Shown here piece by piece: positions 57,972-64,000 of a stretch of 64,000 bases of DNA. The stretch is from Candidatus Bathyarchaeota archaeon (lineage in GTDB: Archaea > Thermoproteota > Bathyarchaeia > TCS64). Within the stretch, counting starts at the first letter, position 1, and each line of letters opens with the position of its first letter. The notes under the pieces were generated by a model that was given only the letters and a program-made list of their open reading frames with translations, made no database searches and was not told the DNA's origin. The DNA lies in NCBI GenBank assembly GCA_018396865.1, contig JAGTRB010000001.1:133970-197969 (forward strand). The letters run 5' to 3'. The position numbers and the translations under genes were made by a program.

Positions 57972-58724
57972 TTGTTTGAGGCTGAGCTCTCGAATGTCGA
58001 GCCCTTCCGCAACCTGATCAAGGCCATCTCAGTGGTGGTTGAAGAGGGAAGCTTCAGGATAGACGAGGAGCAGATGAGGCTACTCGCGATGGATCCCAGC
58101 CACGTAGCCATGATTGACTTCGAGCTACCAAGGGAGTTCTTCGACAGATACTCCGCCGAGGGAGAGGTGAGGCTCTCGATAAATATGAGGGAACTACTCA
58201 AATTTCTTGACCGCGTTGATAGAGGAGAACAGCTGAGGATAAAGCTAGACGAGGAGCAGTCTAGGGTCGTCTTAGAGTGCAGGCGTGGAGGGCACATAAG
58301 GACCTTCACCATTCCCCTGCTCGAGCCCATTGAGGAGGAGGCGCCATCCCCAAAGATATTCTTCAAGGCTTCTGCACGGGCTCTCACCCAGAGCATTAGG
58401 AGGGCCATCAGGGACGCCGCCCTAGTCAGCGAGCATGTCAGGATAGAGATATCAGCGAAGGAGCTGAGGATCCAGGCCTCTGGAGAGGCGGGGAGCGTAT
58501 CGAGCGTCTGGGAGATGGGAGCCGACGACCTACTAGAGATAAAGGCCCAGGAGGACTCGAAGGCCACCTTCACAATAAGCTACCTCCAAGATATGATCAA
58601 CGCCGCAGCCATGTCAAGCGAGGTCACTAACATCGAGCTCTCAACGGATATGCCGATCAAGATGAACTTCGAGCTGCCCCAGGGGAAGCTAGTATACTAC
58701 TTGGCCCCCTGCATCGGCGTCTAG
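57972..58724 (+). CDS. pcna: Proliferating cell nuclear antigen (PCNA)
   Basis: 250 aa, MFEAELSNVEPFRNLIKAI start, two-domain clamp pattern; TTG start. Confidence 0.85.
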   Translation: MFEAELSNVEPFRNLIKAISVVVEEGSFRIDEEQMRLLAMDPSHVAMIDFELPREFFDRYSAEGEVRLSINMRELLKFLDRVDRGEQLRIKLDEEQSRVVLECRRGGHIRTFTIPLLEPIEEEAPSPKIFFKASARALTQSIRRAIRDAALVSEHVRIEISAKELRIQASGEAGSVSSVWEMGADDLLEIKAQEDSKATFTISYLQDMINAAAMSSEVTNIELSTDMPIKMNFELPQGKLVYYLAPCIGV

Positions 58725-58761
58725 TGGAGAAAGGGTAAATATTTCGCCGATCCCCCTCTAA

Positions 58762-59820
58762 ATGCGGCCAGGGATGATATCTGAGAGGGAGGCATCCAAA
58801 TACCCATTCCTTAAGGAGGCGGCCTCCCTCCTAGAGCACCTAGAAATTGATCTGGAGGACCTAACAGAACAGAGGTATGGGCCGATCCTAGATAGGGGTG
58901 AGGAGAGGGTTATACAGGCGATAAGATATGGTGTTGTGGGGGAGGGCCTATCAGATGACCTAGCTGAGCTCCTCTCCTTCCCCATCGCCGTTATGCTCGT
59001 CTCGATGATGAGGGACCCATTCCTTGAGAAGAGATATGCGTTAGCCGAGGCTGTGAGGGCTAGGAGGCTGCTGGAGAGCGAGGATGAGGGGAGAATAGCA
59101 GAGATCGCCATAAGAGAGTTCGGCTGGAGGATCAGGGTACAGCGAAGGGAGATGGATGATACCATCTACTCATTCGAGCTTCACTTTGTCGATTATCTCC
59201 GCAACTCCTCCTCCTTCAGGGAGGATAAGTGGAGGCTCATAAACAGGATCTTAACGGAGGGTTATGTCCTCCTGACTAAGGCTGAGGCCGTCAGGCTCCT
59301 CCAGGTGGAGGCGGAGGAGTTCATAAGTCGGCTCTCATCGAGGCGCGTCGAGTTGAACCTGCCCGAGCCCATAATGAAGAGGCTTGAGAGGATAAAGAGG
59401 ATACTAGACGAGAGCAGATCGAGATTAGGGGAGCTCGCCCTTCCACCTGAAGTCATTCACGAGGCCTTCCCCCCCTGCATAGTGCACTCCTATAGGACCC
59501 TCACAGCCGGCGGGAGGCTCTCACACATTGAGAGGTTCACCCTAGCTTCATTCCTAGTGAACATAGGCATGGAGCCCGAGCGGATAGTTCAGCTCTTCGT
59601 CTCAACCTCGGACTTTAATGAGGGCCTCACGAGGTATCAGATAGAGCATATATCCGGGCTTAGGGGCTCGAGGACAAGGTATACCCCACCAAATTGTATG
59701 ACGATGCGCACCCATGGGATCTGCCACAACCCGGACAACCTCTGTGGAAAGGTTAAACACCCTCTCAGTTATTATAGGAGAAAAGCGTCAGAGTTGAGAA
59801 AGTCTTCGAAGATGAGGTAG
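58762..59820 (+). CDS. priL: DNA primase large subunit PriL
   Basis: FeS domain Cys residues incl. FPPCIVH, conserved position before priS. Confidence 0.75.
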   Translation: MRPGMISEREASKYPFLKEAASLLEHLEIDLEDLTEQRYGPILDRGEERVIQAIRYGVVGEGLSDDLAELLSFPIAVMLVSMMRDPFLEKRYALAEAVRARRLLESEDEGRIAEIAIREFGWRIRVQRREMDDTIYSFELHFVDYLRNSSSFREDKWRLINRILTEGYVLLTKAEAVRLLQVEAEEFISRLSSRRVELNLPEPIMKRLERIKRILDESRSRLGELALPPEVIHEAFPPCIVHSYRTLTAGGRLSHIERFTLASFLVNIGMEPERIVQLFVSTSDFNEGLTRYQIEHISGLRGSRTRYTPPNCMTMRTHGICHNPDNLCGKVKHPLSYYRRKASELRKSSKMR

Positions 59821-59956
59821 ACATCTTAAAGATGATTGGACATGGCCATTAACACTCTTTGAGAGGTGGTCCCTTTCACCTCATCATATTAGGGCGGGCC
59901 ACGTCTTAGAAGAGATCCCTTAAAGGTCTATTTGTTGGAATATAGGTTAGGGTTAA

Positions 59957-61186
59957 ATGGCGGAGTGGGGTAGCGCGTCATTTGTAGAGGAACAGTTCAG
60001 GCGCTACTATAAGGCGAGTGTGGGTAAGGTGGAGCCTCCCCTCGAGATGGAGAGGAGGGAGTTCGGCTTCTTGCCCTTCGATGGAGGGATGATGATACGA
60101 CATACCTCCTTCAGCGATCCGTCTCAGCTCCGCAGCTTCATATTGGAGAAGGCTCCAGCCCATATCTACTACTCCTCGGCCTATTACCGCGAGCCGAGGG
60201 CGGATATGGAGTCCAAGGGATGGATCGGGGCTGATCTAGTATTCGATATAGACGCTGATCATATGGAGACGCCCTGTAGGATGAACCATGACGCCTGGAG
60301 GTGTAACCTATGCGGATTTGAGGGGAAGGGGAGAGCTCCTGAGAGATGTCCTAGATGCAGCGGTACAGACCTTGAGGAGGAGACCTGGGTATGCGACACG
60401 TGCTTAGATAAGGCAAAGGGAGAGGCTCAGAAGCTTCTGGATATCCTAATCCAGGATTTTGGTATACCCTTAGAGTATCTAAAGGTGAATTTCACCGGGA
60501 ACAGGGGATACCACGTTCACATAACAGCTCCTTGGATAAGAGGCTTAGACCAGAGGGCTAGGAGGGAGATAGTGGACTATGTGACGGGCACGGGAATGAG
60601 GGTTGAGCTGCTTGGCTTCAGGCCTAGTGCAAAGGGGTCATCACCCCTCCACGGGCTTGGATGGATGGGAAGAGCCTCCAAAGCCCTATACGACTACCTG
60701 GCTAACCTTCCACCGAGGATTTTGGAAGAGGTGAGGACAGGTAGGAGGGAGAGGGTGAGAAGCCTCATAGATTCTAGAGAGGAGATCCTCAGGGTTTTAA
60801 CAGAGGGGCCCCCCAGCGGCATACTAAAATATCTTAGCCGGGAATCTCTGAACTGGATTATGGAGAAGGCGGTTAGGGAGCAGGCGGCTGCAGTCGATAC
60901 GGTGGTGACTACGGACATTCACCGCCTCATCAGATTGCCCAACACCTTGAATGGGAAGACTGGTTGGATCGCCCAACCAGTCCCTGTGGAGGAGCTGGAG
61001 GATTACGACCCACTAAGCAGCTCCATAGCCTTCAAGGGTGGAGAGGTCTCCATCTATGTGAGGCGGGCCCCCATGTTCAGGCTATGTGGAGAGAAATATG
61101 GCCCCTTCAAGGAGGAGTTGACCAACCTACCCCTCGCCGCGGCGATATTCCTCTTATGCAGGAAGGCTGCGAGGATAGAGAGATGA
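59957..61186 (+). CDS. priS: DNA primase small catalytic subunit PriS
   Basis: DLVFDIDADH catalytic aspartates, zinc knuckle CNLCG...CPRCSG. Confidence 0.8.
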   Translation: MAEWGSASFVEEQFRRYYKASVGKVEPPLEMERREFGFLPFDGGMMIRHTSFSDPSQLRSFILEKAPAHIYYSSAYYREPRADMESKGWIGADLVFDIDADHMETPCRMNHDAWRCNLCGFEGKGRAPERCPRCSGTDLEEETWVCDTCLDKAKGEAQKLLDILIQDFGIPLEYLKVNFTGNRGYHVHITAPWIRGLDQRARREIVDYVTGTGMRVELLGFRPSAKGSSPLHGLGWMGRASKALYDYLANLPPRILEEVRTGRRERVRSLIDSREEILRVLTEGPPSGILKYLSRESLNWIMEKAVREQAAAVDTVVTTDIHRLIRLPNTLNGKTGWIAQPVPVEELEDYDPLSSSIAFKGGEVSIYVRRAPMFRLCGEKYGPFKEELTNLPLAAAIFLLCRKAARIER

Positions 61187-61749
61187 CGGGATATTATGGG
61201 AGGCTTCTTGAGGCCTGGATGAGGGAGCTGGAGACAGAAGGTCTTCAGCAACTGCCTGAGGGCTTCTATAGGGAGATGTCCGAGTACGTCTCTAGGCTAA
61301 GGGAGCAGACGAGGATGCTGGAGCATGGAACCATGAGGAGCAGGATAGCCCTTAAGGAGAAGGAGTATGCTGAGAGGATGCTCAGGGAGCTGTTCAACAC
61401 CAGGCTGAGGAAGATGGTTAATATGGAGTTAGAGGGAGTGCAATTGGAGGCCTCAGCGTTGCTGCCAGAGGAGAAGCTCTTCCACTCCGAGCTGAGGAGG
61501 ATCCTCAACGAGCATGGGGAAAGGCTTAAAAGTATCCTATTAGGTCGTCCTCCCCGCATCGAGGCTAAGCCAACGGGCAGGGGTGCATTCAAGGTGGTAA
61601 GGTTCCTCGAGTCTCTCCCGGCCATAATAGGGGTCGATATGAAGACCTATGGGCCCTTTAAGCCCGAGGACGTGGCCTCGATACCCGTCGAGAACGCTGA
61701 AAGCCTAATAAGGAGAGGTGCAGCTAAGGAGGTGGAGGTCTCGGAATGA
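61183..61749 (+). CDS. Putative GINS subunit (Gins15/Gins51-like), ATGA overlap with priS stop
   Basis: ~188 aa helical A-domain plus small B-domain; priS-gins15 adjacency is conserved in crenarchaea; listed ORF start 60964 overlaps priS and is rejected. Confidence 0.45.
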   Translation: MTGYYGRLLEAWMRELETEGLQQLPEGFYREMSEYVSRLREQTRMLEHGTMRSRIALKEKEYAERMLRELFNTRLRKMVNMELEGVQLEASALLPEEKLFHSELRRILNEHGERLKSILLGRPPRIEAKPTGRGAFKVVRFLESLPAIIGVDMKTYGPFKPEDVASIPVENAESLIRRGAAKEVEVSE

Positions 61750-62021
61750 AGGTGCCGAAGTCCATAAACACCTACTGCCCTAGGTGCAAGGCTCACATGG
61801 AGTTCTCAGTCTCGATCTACAAGGCGGGGAAGAGGAGAGGAGCCAAGTGGGGTGAGAGGAGGCAGGCCGAGAGGAAGAAGGGCTATGGCGGACAGAAGTA
61901 TCCGATACAGCATAATCAGGCAAAGGTGACAAAGAAACAGACCCTGAAGCTTGAGTGTAGGAAATGCGGATACATCACACATAGGGAAGGAGTTAGGCTG
62001 AAGAAGGTGGAGGTCGAATAG
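61746..62021 (+). CDS. rpl44e: 50S ribosomal protein L44e
   Basis: CPRCKAH...CRKCG zinc ribbon, Lys-rich. Confidence 0.85.
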   Translation: MKVPKSINTYCPRCKAHMEFSVSIYKAGKRRGAKWGERRQAERKKGYGGQKYPIQHNQAKVTKKQTLKLECRKCGYITHREGVRLKKVEVE

Positions 62022-62022
62022 G

Positions 62023-62220
62023 ATGTCCGACTGGGAGAGCCTCATACCCCGCCCCTCTTCAAGGTTCCTCAGGGTTAGGTGCGGGAAGTGCGATGGAGAG
62101 CAGATAGTCTTCAGCCATGCAACCCACACAGTCAGATGCAGGACCTGCGGGGAGGTCATAGCTGAACCGACCGGTGGGAAGGCAAGGATAAGGGGCTCGA
62201 TAGTGGCGGTTCTAGGATGA
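62023..62220 (+). CDS. rps27e: 30S ribosomal protein S27e
   Basis: FLRVRCGKCDGEQIVFSHATHTVRCRTCG C4 zinc finger. Confidence 0.85.
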   Translation: MSDWESLIPRPSSRFLRVRCGKCDGEQIVFSHATHTVRCRTCGEVIAEPTGGKARIRGSIVAVLG

Positions 62221-63011
62221 GGGGGAGGACCATGAGGAGGCCTGAGTTTCCCTCCATAGAGGATCTCGTCGTGGCAACCGTCAAGAGGATAGAGCCCTTC
62301 GGGGCCTATGTCTCCCTTGACGAGTATGGGGGAAAGGAGGGTTTCCTGCATATCTCAGAGATCTCCTCAACATGGGTTAAGAATATCAGAAGCCACGTAA
62401 GGGAGGGGCAAAAGGTAGTCCTACAGGTGTTGAGGGTTGACCCGGCGAAGGGGCATATAGATCTCTCCCTAAGGAGGGTCACCAAGGATGAGCGAAGGAA
62501 GAAGATGGAGGAGTGGAAAAAGGCTAGGAAGGCCGAGATGCTGATTAAGAGCGCGGAGGGGATCCTTAAAATCGGTGAGGAGGAGCTAGGAAAGGCCGTC
62601 TCCAAGGTAGTTGAGATATACGGAAGCCTCTACCAAGGGCTGGAGGAGGCCTCGAAGAGGGGGGTCCAAGCCCTCCTCGACGCTGGGGTATCGCCGGATA
62701 TCGCTGAGGTCCTAGCAAAGATAGCCTCGGAGAAGATCCCAGCCAGATACGTCACGATCTCAGGTACATTCGAGATAGTCTCCATGGGGCCGAGGGGAGT
62801 GGAGGAGATAAAGTCTCTATTGCTCGAGGCTGAGAAGATGGCAGGTGAGGATGCGGAGGTTCTAATATATACCCAGGGGGCGCCGAGGTACAAGGTCGAG
62901 GTCAAGGCCGAGGATTATAAGAAGGCTGAGGCCATCCTTGAGAAGATAGTTGATTACGCAACCTCTAACTGGGTCGGAAACGAGAGAAGGATATCCTTCA
63001 CCAGGGGATAG
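62217..63011 (+). CDS. eif2a: Translation initiation factor 2 alpha subunit (aIF2alpha)
   Basis: N-terminal S1 domain, helical and C-terminal alpha-beta domains. Confidence 0.85.
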   Translation: MRGRTMRRPEFPSIEDLVVATVKRIEPFGAYVSLDEYGGKEGFLHISEISSTWVKNIRSHVREGQKVVLQVLRVDPAKGHIDLSLRRVTKDERRKKMEEWKKARKAEMLIKSAEGILKIGEEELGKAVSKVVEIYGSLYQGLEEASKRGVQALLDAGVSPDIAEVLAKIASEKIPARYVTISGTFEIVSMGPRGVEEIKSLLLEAEKMAGEDAEVLIYTQGAPRYKVEVKAEDYKKAEAILEKIVDYATSNWVGNERRISFTRG

Positions 63012-63038
63012 GCAGGAGGGGGTTCCCTGGTCTGGCTC

Positions 63039-63254
63039 TTGAGAAAATGCACACTTTGCAACAGGTACACACTAAATCAAGAAAGATGTCCATCATGCGG
63101 AGGACCATTGAAGATTCCACATCCCGCGAAGTTCTCGATGGATGATCGCTATCAACACTATAGGATGAAGATGCGCAGACTGGCTGAAGTGGAGACGGGA
63201 CCTAGGAAAGCCGGAGAAGATGATAAAAAAGGAGCCTCCCGAATGAGTGGTTGA
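63039..63254 (+). CDS. nop10: H/ACA ribonucleoprotein component Nop10
   Basis: MRKCTLCNRYTL...CPSCGG zinc ribbon. Confidence 0.8.
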   Translation: MRKCTLCNRYTLNQERCPSCGGPLKIPHPAKFSMDDRYQHYRMKMRRLAEVETGPRKAGEDDKKGASRMSG

Positions 63255-63287
63255 GTCTCCTATGAAATCCGTGAAAAGCTTTATTTC

Positions 63288-63677
63288 ATGATGCGCGACA
63301 TTCTAAGTGAAATGTCGAGGAGCTATATCAAGATTTATGGCCCTCCGGTGCTGAGGGCGATAAAGGCCCTGGAGTCCGTTGCTGTGGAGATGTCGAAATC
63401 CATAGAGCTCAAGTTTAGCAATCGATGCATCCCATACCCCGGGCCGAGACATGAGACACTAGAGTGGCAAAGGTATATCGAAGGACTGAAGCAGACCTAT
63501 GTCGAGTGCTACGAGCCGGTGAGGCTCATCAGCGACGCCCATGAAATGCTGGGCGATTACGACTTCTTCTTTGAATGGAGTGATAAGCCTAAGATTGATC
63601 AGCTAATGGACCTTGTAGGGAAGATAGATAATGCTCTAAGAGGTCTAGGATGCCTTTATACTATCACAACAAAATGA
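63288..63677 (+). CDS. Hypothetical protein downstream of nop10
   Basis: 129 aa ORF in coding-like GC context; no motif recognised. Confidence 0.35.
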   Translation: MMRDILSEMSRSYIKIYGPPVLRAIKALESVAVEMSKSIELKFSNRCIPYPGPRHETLEWQRYIEGLKQTYVECYEPVRLISDAHEMLGDYDFFFEWSDKPKIDQLMDLVGKIDNALRGLGCLYTITTK

Positions 63678-63823
63678 ACAATATAAAAAATACCATATTT
63701 CTTTACAAAATTTAAATTATACATAACTAAGAAAAATAAAAAAGATCATCTGTTTTGTATAATAATTTTCTAATTTTTCGATGTACAGAAACTTAAATCG
63801 TAGGTTACTCTAATTGCTGTTTA

Positions 63824-64000
63824 TTAATGGACCATTCCGAGTCTGTGGAGTTCCTCCTTAAATACGGATAGGGTTCTCTTTAGGTTTATTTGTCTCTCTA
63901 CATATTGTTCCCCTGTTAATTCTCCCCTCCGCAATTCATCTTCTAATTCGATAAGTTGTCTCTCAACCTCATTTATCCTCCTCCTCAGCATATCCGCATA
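63824..64000 (-). CDS. C-terminal fragment of a coiled-coil protein (gene continues beyond window)
   Basis: Reverse-strand open frame ...MLRRRINEVERQLIELEDELRRGELTGEQYVERQINLKRTLSVFKEELHRLGMVH-stop. Confidence 0.3.
   Translation of the reverse strand, partial: YADMLRRRINEVERQLIELEDELRRGELTGEQYVERQINLKRTLSVFKEELHRLGMVH

Noticed and set aside
60964-61182. Upstream part of ORF 60964-61749 overlapping priS
   Set aside because: Out-of-frame overlap with the well-supported priS. The internal ATG at 61183 overlapping the priS stop gives a sensible 188-aa protein.
1-64000. CRISPR arrays / rRNA genes
   Set aside because: No regularly spaced repeat-spacer structure and no rRNA-like conserved stretches were seen in any ORF-free region. 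The only short direct repeat pair is at 27060/27126.

Overview
This window looks like archaeal chromosome, probably Thermoproteota/Crenarchaeota-like. Evidence: S13-S4-S11-RpoD-L18e block, rpoL-DUF99-tfs-pcna-priL-priS-gins-L44e-S27e-aIF2alpha-nop10 block, aIF5A/DHS, AglB, many GTG/TTG starts, a tRNA with a non-canonical intron position. About 28.9-64 kb is mostly core genes: ribosomal proteins, feoB/DtxR-FeoA, ilvBNC with a second ilvC, thrC, HDAC-like, PhoU, AglB, aIF5A-DHS, SRP54, L21e, RpoF, L10e, Dph2, Csl4, PCNA, primase, GINS, aIF2alpha, Nop10. The left ~29 kb is accessory-like. It has a tyrosine integrase directly upstream of an intron-containing tRNA-Met(CAT), flanked by retropepsin-like protease genes (one frameshifted) and a caspase/legumain-like clan CD peptidase. 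It also has alanine racemase, a tungsten-type aldehyde:ferredoxin oxidoreductase and three VapBC-like PIN toxin-antitoxin pairs. A low-GC ~8.4 kb island (13.8-22.1 kb) encodes a Cys-rich Lrp regulator, a soluble Mo/W-bisPGD oxidoreductase plus four-cluster ferredoxin subunit, two AhpD/CMD-like proteins, a DUF1805-like protein, a novel-domain::RnfB-type FeS fusion, a DGC protein and a radical SAM/SPASM enzyme with a long N-terminal extension. Next to it is an ars-like locus (ArsR, ArsD-like, thioredoxin-like, ArsP-like permease, second FeS-fusion paralog). A membrane-anchored thermonuclease with a coiled-coil stalk, a DUF362 protein and several unusually long non-coding stretches follow. No CRISPR array and no rRNA were seen. 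The low-GC island with the molybdoenzyme and maturase-like genes is the best candidate for an undescribed system. All calls are from reading motifs by eye; no searches were run.
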